A DNA stretch of 64,000 nucleotides from Candidatus Coatesbacteria bacterium (GTDB lineage: Bacteria; RBG-13-66-14): assembly GCA_014728225.1 (NCBI GenBank), contig WJLX01000050.1, forward strand, positions 3,008-67,007. Direction: 5' to 3'. The notes beneath the pieces were generated by a model, which saw only the letters and a list, made by a program, of their open reading frames with translations, was not told the origin of the DNA and did not search any database. The position numbers and the translations under genes are program-made. Of this stretch, positions 18,008-26,958 are shown piece by piece. The first letter of the stretch is position 1; the number at the start of each line of letters is the position of its first letter.

Positions 18008-18933
18008 TGGAGACTCCGCCGCGCGGAACCGCTCTGCTCCTCCTCGGGCTGCTCGCCGCTCCCGCCGCCGCCGCCGACGCCCCGGCCCTGGTCTTCAGCC
18101 GCTCCAGCGGCGAGGGCGTCGACGTCGTCGCCGTCAGCACCGCCCGACCGCGCCGCGTCGTCGCCCTGCTCACCGACACCGGCGACAACTGGTACCCCCG
18201 CGCCGCCGTGTCGCCCGACGGCCGCTACCTGGCCTACGTTACCGACCAGCCGCTGCAGCGCGGTCGCGACTTCACCGCCGAGTTCGGCAACGGCGCCCAA
18301 CTGATGCTCTACGACCGCCGGCGCGACGAGCTGACCCACCTCGATCACGGCGGCTTCGGCGCCGACCGGCCCGCCTTCAGCCCCGACGGCGACTACCTGG
18401 CCTTCGATCGTCAGGACGCCGGCGGCGACTGGGACATCTACCGCCTCGACCTCGACGGCGGGCCCCCGCAGCCCCTCAGTGACGAGGAGATCTTCGAGGA
18501 GGCCGCCGCCTTCTCCCCCGACGGACGCGCCATCGTCTACTGCGCCGGGGAGCTCGAGGCCCTGCAGCTCCAGTATCTCGACCTGGTCACAAGCGAGCGC
18601 CGGACCTTGACGAGGGGCGGCGTCTCCAACCTCGACCCCGCCTTCTCCCCCGACGGCGCCGCTATCGTCTACGCCCGCCGCGAGGGCGGCGAGACCGACC
18701 TCTACGTCATGGGACTCACGGGCGACGCGGGAGCCCGCCGGGTGGCCGAACTGCCCGGCGATCAGCGCTACCCCAGCTTCTCCCCCGACGGCGAGTTCAT
18801 CGCCTTCGCCACCTACTACCCCGACGGCGGCTCGGACATCTACCTCATCGACGCCCGGGGCTGGGGTCCCCCGGTGCGGGTGACCTCGACCCTGGCCCGG
18901 GAGACCTATCCCGCCTGGATCGAGCTGGACTAG
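18007..18933 (+). CDS. PD40 beta-propeller repeat protein 2
   Basis: Repeated P.FSPDG...DIY motifs; signal peptide; ATGA overlap with the previous gene. Confidence 0.65.
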   Translation: METPPRGTALLLLGLLAAPAAAADAPALVFSRSSGEGVDVVAVSTARPRRVVALLTDTGDNWYPRAAVSPDGRYLAYVTDQPLQRGRDFTAEFGNGAQLMLYDRRRDELTHLDHGGFGADRPAFSPDGDYLAFDRQDAGGDWDIYRLDLDGGPPQPLSDEEIFEEAAAFSPDGRAIVYCAGELEALQLQYLDLVTSERRTLTRGGVSNLDPAFSPDGAAIVYARREGGETDLYVMGLTGDAGARRVAELPGDQRYPSFSPDGEFIAFATYYPDGGSDIYLIDARGWGPPVRVTSTLARETYPAWIELD

Positions 18934-18997
18934 CGCCCCGCCGCCTTCGGCTCCGCCTCGACCGCCCCGCGGTCCGCCACCCCCCAAGGAGAACACG

Positions 18998-19867
18998 ATG
19001 CGCAAATTACTGCTCTCGGCCGCCCTGGCGGCTCTACTCCTCGTCGGCGCCTGCGGACCGCAGCGCACCTCGGACCTCTACGTTTTCGCCTCCAACCGCG
19101 ACGGCGGCACCAACCTCTACACCGCCAAGCTCTCCGCCGCCGAGCTGCGCCCCGTGACCAGCGACCTGGGCCCCGACTTCCTGCCCCACGCCTCGCTGTG
19201 CCCCAGGGGCGAGCGGATAGCCTTCGTCTCCGATATCGACGGCGACGGCGAAATCTACCTCTGCGACCTCGACGGCTCCAACCGTCAGAAGCTCACCGAC
19301 AACGGTGACGGCGAGGATTGCCCCTGCTTCACCCCCGACGGCCGCATCCTCTTCGACTCCGACCGCAGCGGCGACTGGGAGATCTGGATCATGAACGCCG
19401 ACGGCTCCGAGCAGCGCCGCCTGACCGACTCCCCGGGCCTCGACGAGGACGCCTGCATGAGCCCCGACGGCCGTAAAATCATCTTCTGCTCCGAGCGCGA
19501 CGGCTACCGCAACCTGATGCTGATGAACGCCGACGGCTCCGACCCCGTCGCCCTGTGGGGCGACGGCTACTCCTGGATCGGCGATCCCTGCTTCCACCCC
19601 GCCGGCGACCGCGTGGCCTTCTCCACCGACACCTACGGCGACGAGGACGTCGTGGTGATGGACCTCGAGGGCGGCCAGCCCATCGATCTGACCTACGATT
19701 CCTCGATGGCCGACCGCTTCCCCCACTACTCCGCCGACGGCTCCCAACTGCTCTACGCCACCGACTACGACATGGACTGGGAAATCTGGATCATGAACGC
19801 CGACGGCACCGGCAAACGCCAACTCACCAACAACGAGGACGTCGCCGACTACCTCCCCGCCTGGTAG
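18998..19867 (+). CDS. PD40 beta-propeller repeat lipoprotein 3
   Basis: LLVGACGP lipobox; repeated SDRSGDWEIWIMNADGS motifs. Confidence 0.65.
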   Translation: MRKLLLSAALAALLLVGACGPQRTSDLYVFASNRDGGTNLYTAKLSAAELRPVTSDLGPDFLPHASLCPRGERIAFVSDIDGDGEIYLCDLDGSNRQKLTDNGDGEDCPCFTPDGRILFDSDRSGDWEIWIMNADGSEQRRLTDSPGLDEDACMSPDGRKIIFCSERDGYRNLMLMNADGSDPVALWGDGYSWIGDPCFHPAGDRVAFSTDTYGDEDVVVMDLEGGQPIDLTYDSSMADRFPHYSADGSQLLYATDYDMDWEIWIMNADGTGKRQLTNNEDVADYLPAW

Positions 19868-20057
19868 GTGGGCTGGAGGGGCTGGATTCGGGGCCGGACC
19901 GCCGGGGGTCATCCACGAAAAACCGGCACCAAGTCGACCGACACCCCGCCCGGTGGGCTGGAGGGGCTGGATTCGGGGCCGGACCGCCGGAGGTCATCCA
20001 CGAAAAACCGGCACCAAGTCGGCCGACACCCCGCCTGGTGGGTGGGCTGGACGAGGG
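19867..20057. repeat. 85-bp tandem direct repeat, 2 full copies plus a partial third
   Basis: Unit ggtgggctggaggggctggattcggggccggaccgccgg(g/a)ggtcatccacgaaaaaccggcaccaagtcg(a/g)ccgacaccccgcc at 19867-19951 and 19952-20036, partial copy 20037-20057; begins at the stop codon of the PD40-3 gene. Confidence 0.8.
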
Positions 20058-20376
20058 GGTAAAGGCCCCCACAGGGTGAACACCGATTGCGCCAGGACCG
20101 TCCCAGTGGCCGGTCCTGGCGTATACAATAACCGCGGCAACGACTGTCCCCAGCAGCCCGCTTCTCTACCGCCAAAACTACCGGAGCGACGGCTGCCCCC
20201 ATTCCCTGGGGCGGGAGCTCCGGGCCCCGCCTGGTATTGGATTAGCCGGTCCGTCAACACCGGCCAACGGCGCTGCGCCTCCTCGCATCCTTGGGGAACG
20301 GACCGGGGGAGGGGCAACCGGCCGCCCGTGGGTCGTTTAGCAAAACGCCCTGACGTTACCGCACGGCGATAACCCA

Positions 20377-20446
20377 GGGCCGGCGGGCGTTTTTGCGACG
20401 ACGGAGCCCCGGAGCTCCGTCGTCGATGCAAAAACCCTGCCGGCCC
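20377..20446. repeat. short hairpin with gcgtttttgc...gcaaaaacc motif
   Basis: gggccggcgggcgtttttgc / gacgacggagccccggagctccgtcgtc / gatgcaaaaaccctgccggccc, then gggaagcgt; between convergent genes. Confidence 0.5.
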
Positions 20447-20667
20447 GGGAAGCGTAAAAAAAAGCTCGCAGGCTCCGCAGGCCTAAGATAAAGCGACCCT
20501 CGATTGGTAACATCTCGGGCCGCTCGGGAATGGCCGGCTTCACAGCGAAAACCGCCTTTCCTCAAGGCGGTGCCCCGCCGCGCGGTAGTTAACTAAAACC
20601 GCCGGGCGGGATGCCGGCTCCCGGCCCGGCGGGCGCAGCTCAGGCGAAGGCGTCGTCGCTGCGTGGC

Positions 20668-21165
20668 TCAGCCACGCTGCTTCATCAGGTCCATGTCCTC
20701 CAGCAGGGCCTCCAGATCGTCCTCGTGCTCGATCTCGTCCTCCAGGATGCTCTGGGCGATGTTGTAGGTCGTGCGGTCCTTGTCGTAGACCATGTCGGAG
20801 AGCTTCTGGTAGACGTCGATGGCGCACTGCTCGGCCTTGATGTTCTGCTCGATGACCACCCGGACGTAGGGGTCCGTCGGCGGCTCGTAGCCGCAGTTGG
20901 TATGGTCGTACCAGGCCCGGGGCTCCAGCAGCGGGGTGCCGCCGAGCTGGGCGATACGGTCGGCCAGCAACTCGGCGTGACGCAGTTCGTCGTTCGCGTG
21001 CTCGACGAGCTCGGCGATGACGTTCTCGCGCATCGGTCCGGCGACGATCTTCGAGGCCACCCAGTACTGGTAGTAGGCCAGCCACTCGTCGGCCAGGGCC
21101 TTGTTCATCACGACGAGGAGTTCATCGACATCCACGCCGACGATGGCGCGTCCACGGGTTCCCAT
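20668..21165 (-). CDS. ferritin-like (bacterioferritin-like) diiron protein
   Basis: 165 aa from ATG 21163-21165 with aggagg RBS; ...EL.HAELLADRIAQLGG...ILEDEIEHEDDLE ferritin-like pattern. The track ORF extension to 22269 is antisense of the 21337..22287 gene. Confidence 0.75.
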   Translation of the reverse strand: MGTRGRAIVGVDVDELLVVMNKALADEWLAYYQYWVASKIVAGPMRENVIAELVEHANDELRHAELLADRIAQLGGTPLLEPRAWYDHTNCGYEPPTDPYVRVVIEQNIKAEQCAIDVYQKLSDMVYDKDRTTYNIAQSILEDEIEHEDDLEALLEDMDLMKQRG

Positions 21166-21336
21166 CCTGTACCTCCTGGATCTGGGGCTCGTTGTCAGCG
21201 AAAAACGACTTATTGATAATAACACCGGCGGCGGCTTGAGGCAATTGTCACACCGCAGCCCCGTCCGGGGCCGCTTGGCCGCGCCGCGGAACCGCACCGG
21301 GATGACAAAGACGGTCCGGCGGTGTAGAATCGGCCC

Positions 21337-22287
21337 ATGCGATACCCGCCGCCGCCCGAGAGCGCCCGCCACCTGGACCTCGACGAGTTCCTCGCTGGTG
21401 ATGAGCCGTCCGCCCGCCACGCACCGCCCGACTTCGCCCTCTCTGCGCGGGAAGACGATCGCCGGGAGTCCGAGGATTTCCTCACTCGAGCCCACTGGCT
21501 GCTGGAGTACGATCTGCGGGGAACCGACGACTGGGTCGACGAGAGCAACCCCCTGGAGCGGGACACCGCCCAGCGTCGACGCCGCCTGGTCGAACTGGCG
21601 CCGCCCCGGGAACACTGCCTGCTCTGCGCCGAGCCGGCGGCGCGGACCGTCGGCGTCAACTTCGGCGGCCGCCACCTGACCATCGAGGCCCGGGGAGAGA
21701 AGGACGCCCGCATCGAGCGCAGCTTCGAGCTGCCCCTCGAGCTGCCCTACTGCGCCGCGCATTACGACGAGTTCTTCGGCAAGGACCTGCGCGAGCTGCT
21801 GGCCACCACCGAGCCCCGCCTGCCCGACGGCGGCCGGGGCTTCCAGCCCGACCGGGACTGGCGGGCCGCCGTCAACCGCCTGTCGACCCCCGGGGTGATG
21901 CTGGAGGCCCTGTTCGACGACGACCGGCGGGGCTTCCGGCTGCGCTGGCGCTTCCACCGGCGCGGCTATCTGGAGGCCTTCGTCGCCGCCCGACGGGAGG
22001 GGCTGGCGGAGCTCGATCCGCTGCTGCTGCGCATCGATGAGCTGAGCCTGGCCGAGGCCGAGCTGCGCCGCCGGCTGGTGCCGCCCCGGCGTACGGCCTA
22101 CGCCCTGTCCGGCGCCGTCGGCGGAGCCCTGCTGGCCTGGCTGGCCACCGCCAGCCCCGGTTGGCCCGGCTGGCTGACCTGGCTTTTCGGCGCCGGGGGA
22201 GCCGTCGGCCTGGCCGTTTTCCTCCACGATCTGCTGCGACGCGGGCGTCTCCGCCGCCGGCTGGAACACCTGTTACGCAGCACCTGA
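21337..22287 (+). CDS. hypothetical protein with C-terminal transmembrane segment
   Basis: Protein-like composition versus the G/Q/P-rich opposite-strand ORF; C-terminal hydrophobic helices. Confidence 0.45.
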   Translation: MRYPPPPESARHLDLDEFLAGDEPSARHAPPDFALSAREDDRRESEDFLTRAHWLLEYDLRGTDDWVDESNPLERDTAQRRRRLVELAPPREHCLLCAEPAARTVGVNFGGRHLTIEARGEKDARIERSFELPLELPYCAAHYDEFFGKDLRELLATTEPRLPDGGRGFQPDRDWRAAVNRLSTPGVMLEALFDDDRRGFRLRWRFHRRGYLEAFVAARREGLAELDPLLLRIDELSLAEAELRRRLVPPRRTAYALSGAVGGALLAWLATASPGWPGWLTWLFGAGGAVGLAVFLHDLLRRGRLRRRLEHLLRST

Positions 22288-22446
22288 GGGGCCGGACGTA
22301 TTGTCCACCCCGGCGGCCTCTGCTATACTCTCCGTGACACGACAGCCACCTTTGGGTTTGCCAGGACCACCAGCAGCTTCAACGGCGCCCCGCTCCGGCC
22401 CCGCGGCCGGCCGGGGTCTTTTTTTCACCGCCAATCGGGGAGGAGC

Positions 22447-23913
22447 ATGAAAACGCTACGCTGGACCGCGCTGTTGACGACCATCGCCGTCGGCGCCCTC
22501 GTCACCGGCTGCTGCGTCGAGCTCGACGCTGACGGCACTGCGCCTGCCGCCGCCGCAGAACAATCGCGCTACGTGATCCTGATGATCTCCGACGGCTGGA
22601 GCTACAATCACCTCGCCGCCGCCGCCGCCTACACCGGCCGGGAGCCCGCCTACACCGACTGGCTGCATTTCCCGATGAGCACCTGGGACTTCAACGCCCG
22701 GCGTCTGGCCGGCGGAACGGGGTACGACCCGGCCCGCGCCTGGAGCGAGTTCGATTACGTCGCCGCCGCCTACACCGACAGCGCCTCGGCCGCCACGGCG
22801 ATGTACACCGGCTTCAAGGTCGACAAGGCCAACATCAACACCGCGCCGGCCGATGTTCTGCCCCTGGAGCCCTTCAGCGCCTACGCCCGCCGGGCCGGGC
22901 TGGCCGTCGGCGTCGTCAGCACCGTCCAGGCCTCCCACGCCACCCCGGCCTGCTGGTACGCCCACAACTCGACGCGCAAGAACGGTTACGCCATCTTCGC
23001 CGAGGGCGTCTGGGGCTTCGGCGGCATCCAAGGCGAGGGCCCCGGTTACGGCGGCGCCTACGACGTCGAACCGATCCTGCCCGAGGTGCTCATCGGCGCC
23101 GGTCACCCCGACTACAACGACTCCTACGTCGACGCCGACCAGGTCGAGAGGCTGGCCGCCGACTGCGCCGGGCGCGACGACTGGGCTCTCGTCGAGCGCC
23201 TCGACGGCCGGGACGACGCCGGAGAACGCCTGCTGAGCGCCGCCGCCGATCCCGCCGTCGAACGCCTCTTCGGCCTGTTCGGCGGACGCGAGGGCTGCTT
23301 CGACTGGACCCTGGCCGACCTTTCAGGCCGCGATCCGGAGAACCCGACCCTGGCCGAATGCTCCCGGGCCGCCCTCAAAGTACTCGGCCGCGACGGTAAC
23401 GGCTTCGCCCTGCTGATCGAAGGCGGAGCCGTCGACTGGGCCGGACACGCCAACAGCATGGATTACATGATCGGCGAGCAGCGGGACTTCGACGCCGCCG
23501 TCGAAACCGTCGTCGACTGGATCGAGGACGAGACCACCCCGGCGGACTGGGACAACACCCTGCTGATCGTCACCGGCGACCACGAGTGCGGCTACCTGAC
23601 CGCCGGGCCCGGCGTCTTCGCCGACCAGCCCCTGGGCGAGGTCTCCGAGCGCACCCTGGAGCTGGAACGTCCCACCGGCGCCCGCCGGGTCAGTTGGGGG
23701 GACGCCGACGCCGACGGCGAAATCGACGAGGACGAGGAGGTTTACTGGGCCTGGAACTCCGGCGAGCACACCAACCAGTTGATCCCCCTCTACGCCCGCG
23801 GCAACCGCGCCGAGGCCTTCCACGGCTTCATCATCGCCGAGGACCCCGTGCGCGGCGAGTACATCGACAACACCGCGATCTTCTTCGCCATGCTGGCGGC
23901 CCTCGGTCGCTAG
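22447..23913 (+). CDS. alkaline phosphatase (PhoA family), secreted lipoprotein
   Basis: LVTGCC lipobox; ISDGWS, TDSASAATA (DSAxS nucleophile region), GGAVDWAGHAN, VTGDHECG metal-site motifs. Confidence 0.8.
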   Translation: MKTLRWTALLTTIAVGALVTGCCVELDADGTAPAAAAEQSRYVILMISDGWSYNHLAAAAAYTGREPAYTDWLHFPMSTWDFNARRLAGGTGYDPARAWSEFDYVAAAYTDSASAATAMYTGFKVDKANINTAPADVLPLEPFSAYARRAGLAVGVVSTVQASHATPACWYAHNSTRKNGYAIFAEGVWGFGGIQGEGPGYGGAYDVEPILPEVLIGAGHPDYNDSYVDADQVERLAADCAGRDDWALVERLDGRDDAGERLLSAAADPAVERLFGLFGGREGCFDWTLADLSGRDPENPTLAECSRAALKVLGRDGNGFALLIEGGAVDWAGHANSMDYMIGEQRDFDAAVETVVDWIEDETTPADWDNTLLIVTGDHECGYLTAGPGVFADQPLGEVSERTLELERPTGARRVSWGDADADGEIDEDEEVYWAWNSGEHTNQLIPLYARGNRAEAFHGFIIAEDPVRGEYIDNTAIFFAMLAALGR

Positions 23914-24011
23914 GCCGACGGCTTCGCCCTCCACAACCTAGTCAGTAGTGCTGGGTTTATCCGGCGCGGGACGCGGGGTCCTCCAGGAACTCAACGGCAC
24001 CGACAAGCGCC

Positions 24012-24085
24012 GGGCCGGCACGCGTTTTTGCCCGCAGACCTCCCGGTCAAGGGAGGTCTGCGGAATGCAAAAACCGTGACGGCCC
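24012..24085. repeat. short hairpin with gcgtttttgc...gcaaaaaccgtg motif
   Basis: gggccggcacgcgtttttgc / ccgcagacctcccggtcaagggaggtctgcgg / aatgcaaaaaccgtgacggccc, then gggaagcgt; between convergent PhoA-like and M28 genes. Confidence 0.5.
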
Positions 24086-24376
24086 GGGAAGCGTTAAGCC
24101 GTCGCAGATCGCAGACCGCAGATCCCGTGGTGGTACGGATAACGTAGAGAGTGGGGCGCCGCCGACAACGGTTCCGGCGAGGCGGAATCACCAAGCCGGA
24201 GCCGAGCAAGCTCCGGCTTCGATAGGTTCGTTCGCGCTCAACGCCCAAGGCCAAGCTCAGCAAACCGCCGGACGAATATGGGGCCGACCAGCAGGTCGGC
24301 CCCAGGCGTTTGACCAAGCTCATTCAGGACCGGGCGCGCCGCAGTTCCCCGCCCATGATACGATTCAACACCAGAC

Positions 24377-26788
24377 CTAGCGGATCAACGCCGCCTTGCC
24401 CGTCGTCGGTTCACCCTGCGGCGGAACGATAACCCAGAGATAGACCCCGGAAGCCACCGAATACCCGCTGTCGTTGATCAGCCGCCAGGTGAACTCCTCC
24501 AGGGGGATGGTCACCCGGTAGACCAGGGCGCCGGCGGTGTCGTAGATCGACAGCTCGCTGCCCGGCTCGAGACGGGCGAAGGTCAGACCCTCGTGCTCGG
24601 CCCGGCAGGGGTTGGGGTAGGCGTAGGGGCCCGTGGGACGATCTTCGAAATCATCTGTGGGTCCGACGCCGGCCAGGCGGCCCAGGGCGGCCACCAGCCC
24701 CCGGGTCACCTGGCGGGTCAGCGGGAAGTGGTCCAGCAGGTTGGGATAGTCGTCGTTTCGGGAATGGTAGTAGGGGTACTCGAGCGGTATGTCCTCGATG
24801 CCCAGCAGGGCGTCGTAACCGTAGCGCCAGAACCGGTAGTGATCCGAACCGCCGTGTTCGCTCTCCAGGACCTTGGTCGTCAGGCCGTCGCCGTAGTCGG
24901 CGCAGGCCTCGGCGAAGGCTTCGGCCAGCCAGAGGCTGTCACCGTTGTGGAAGATGTCCAAGTCCTCCTGTTCGGCGGGATCGCTGCTCCAGACCACCAT
25001 GTCCAGGTTCAACAGCCCCTCGATGGCCAGGCCCTCCGCAGCCGCCCATTGAGCGTGATAGCCGCTGCCGACCAGACCGACCTCCTCGGCGTCGAAGAAG
25101 GCGAAGCGCAGGCTCTTGTCCGTGGGGAATTCGGCCAGCACCCGGGCTGCCTCCAGCAGCGCCGTCGAGCCCGAACCGTTGTCGTTGGCTCCGGGGGCCA
25201 ACACCTGGACGTCGGAGTCGGAGCTGATCGAATCGAAGTGCGCCGTGGCGTAGATCCAGTTGAGCGGCTCGACCCCGCCGATCTTGTCGGCCAGGATGTT
25301 GGTGATGTAAATGCCCCGCCCGACGTCCCGGGGCAGCCAGTCCTCGAGCAGGGTGAAGGAACCGCCGTCGTCGTCGGTGTAGCCGGGCTGCTGGGAGGCG
25401 ATGAACCACAGCCGGTCCCCGGCGGCGTCGCCGTCCCGGATCTCGGCGACCGGAGCGCTGTCGAGCAGCTGCCAGGTGGAGCCGTAGTCGTCGGTCTGGT
25501 AGGCCGCGCCGTCCTCGGCCAGGGCGATGAACTCGTCGCCGCCGCGGTGGTAGAGGGCGCGCAGGTAGGTCTCCGCGGGACAACCCAGCTCCTCCCAGCT
25601 CAGCCCGCCGTCGCTGGTGCGGATGACGTTGTCGCCCACGGCCAGACCGCGCTGGGTATCGGTGAACAGAAGCTGGTAGAAGAAGTAATCCGTCGTCGGA
25701 TAGACGATCGTCCAGTCGGCCCCGCCGTCGGTGGAGCGCAGCACCCGGCCGGTACCGGCGCAGAACAGGACGGTGTCGGGGTCGCCCGGTAGAGTGCCGG
25801 CGTCCTGGGCGCTGTTGACCAGCCCGGTCCGGCGATCCCAGCTTGTTCCGCCGTCGCTGGTGCGGTAGACCCCGCCGGCGTTGCTGAAGGCGTAGCCGTG
25901 TTGTTCGTCGGCGAAGTGCAGGGCCAGGAAGGCCTCCTGGGGGTCCTCGAAGATTGTTTGCTCCTCCCAGGAAGCCCCGCCGTCCGTCGAGCGGTAGTAG
26001 TGGTTGTAGGCGCCGTAGTGGAAGGTCGCCGGGGCGAAACAGCAAACCCCGCCCCAACCCGTGATCGAGGACTCGTCGGCGGAGAGCAGCAGGGAAAAAC
26101 TCCCGCCGCCGTCGCTGGAGTAGAAGCAGAAGGGGGAAACATCGTAGCCGCCGCCGCAGAACAGCAGCAGGTCGCCGTCGGCGTGGACCTTGGCCAGACT
26201 GCCGCTCAGATAATTGTCGTAGGTTACGGTGTAGCCGTAATCGCTCAGCGTCTGGGCCAGGTAGTCCTGGGCGGCATGGTTGCCGTCGGTACCGACATAG
26301 CGGGTGCGAAAGCCGGCCAGGTCCGCATCGAAGCCCTGGATGGCGTCCAGGCTGACCTGCTCGACCAGGTAGGCCACCACCTCCTCGTCGGCGGCGCGGG
26401 GGCGCTGATCGACGTCCAGCCGCTCCAGCCGCCGTTGGGGCTGCAGGCGGATGTAGTAGAGGTTGGGATCGCCGCAGGCGGCGAGCAGTTCGTCCTCGCT
26501 CCAGCGGCAGACCAAACCGCCGTCGGGCAGGGCGCCCTGGACACCGGGGAGGACCGCCGCGTCGGGTTCGCCGCGGTAGGAACCGACGTAGAACAGCCCA
26601 CCTGGGGCGTCGTCGAGTCCGACGGCCGCGGCTGCGGGTTCGGCGGTGCGGTAGAGCTCCCAGTCACCGACGGAGCCGTAGTAGACACCGGCGGGTGCAG
26701 CGTCGCCGGTCTCGACGGCGGTCAGCCAGGCCGCTGGGGCGGCGGCGGCCAGAAGACAGAGGGCGAGGACGGTCGAACGTTGGAGCAT
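24377..26788 (-). CDS. M28-family metallopeptidase with N-terminal BNR/Asp-box repeat region and C-terminal Por/T9SS-type sorting domain
   Basis: Signal peptide MLQRSTVLALCLLAAAAPAAW; repeats STDGGASWEE / TSDGGTSWD / STDGGADWT; M28 block APGANDNGSGSTALLEAARVLAE...FAFFDAEEVGLVGS; C-terminus ...GVYLWVIVPP...GKAALIR. Confidence 0.75.
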   Translation of the reverse strand: MLQRSTVLALCLLAAAAPAAWLTAVETGDAAPAGVYYGSVGDWELYRTAEPAAAAVGLDDAPGGLFYVGSYRGEPDAAVLPGVQGALPDGGLVCRWSEDELLAACGDPNLYYIRLQPQRRLERLDVDQRPRAADEEVVAYLVEQVSLDAIQGFDADLAGFRTRYVGTDGNHAAQDYLAQTLSDYGYTVTYDNYLSGSLAKVHADGDLLLFCGGGYDVSPFCFYSSDGGGSFSLLLSADESSITGWGGVCCFAPATFHYGAYNHYYRSTDGGASWEEQTIFEDPQEAFLALHFADEQHGYAFSNAGGVYRTSDGGTSWDRRTGLVNSAQDAGTLPGDPDTVLFCAGTGRVLRSTDGGADWTIVYPTTDYFFYQLLFTDTQRGLAVGDNVIRTSDGGLSWEELGCPAETYLRALYHRGGDEFIALAEDGAAYQTDDYGSTWQLLDSAPVAEIRDGDAAGDRLWFIASQQPGYTDDDGGSFTLLEDWLPRDVGRGIYITNILADKIGGVEPLNWIYATAHFDSISSDSDVQVLAPGANDNGSGSTALLEAARVLAEFPTDKSLRFAFFDAEEVGLVGSGYHAQWAAAEGLAIEGLLNLDMVVWSSDPAEQEDLDIFHNGDSLWLAEAFAEACADYGDGLTTKVLESEHGGSDHYRFWRYGYDALLGIEDIPLEYPYYHSRNDDYPNLLDHFPLTRQVTRGLVAALGRLAGVGPTDDFEDRPTGPYAYPNPCRAEHEGLTFARLEPGSELSIYDTAGALVYRVTIPLEEFTWRLINDSGYSVASGVYLWVIVPPQGEPTTGKAALIR

Positions 26789-26958
26789 CGATCTTCTCCC
26801 GGTCGGGGCGGCGGCTTTAGTATAGCCCCGGCGGCGCCTGGAGGCAAGAACCCGAGCCGACGGGACAAACACCGCCCCGTCGTCGTATACTGATAACCGA
26901 CTCCAATCGCCGGCCCTCGTCGGCGTGATAAACCCACAGACCTTACGGGGAGGTCGAG

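Noticed and set aside
19867-20057. Possible CRISPR array
   Set aside because: The 85-bp units are directly abutting with no unique spacers; the same holds for the 15-bp (44830-44874) and 10-bp (52835-52884) repeats. No cas genes.
21166-22269. N-terminal 368 aa of track ORF 20668..22269 (would make a 533-aa fusion)
   Set aside because: Only the C-terminal 165 aa (from the ATG with an aggagg RBS) looks like protein (ferritin-like). The upstream part is G/Q/P-rich antisense of the better 21337..22287 + strand ORF.
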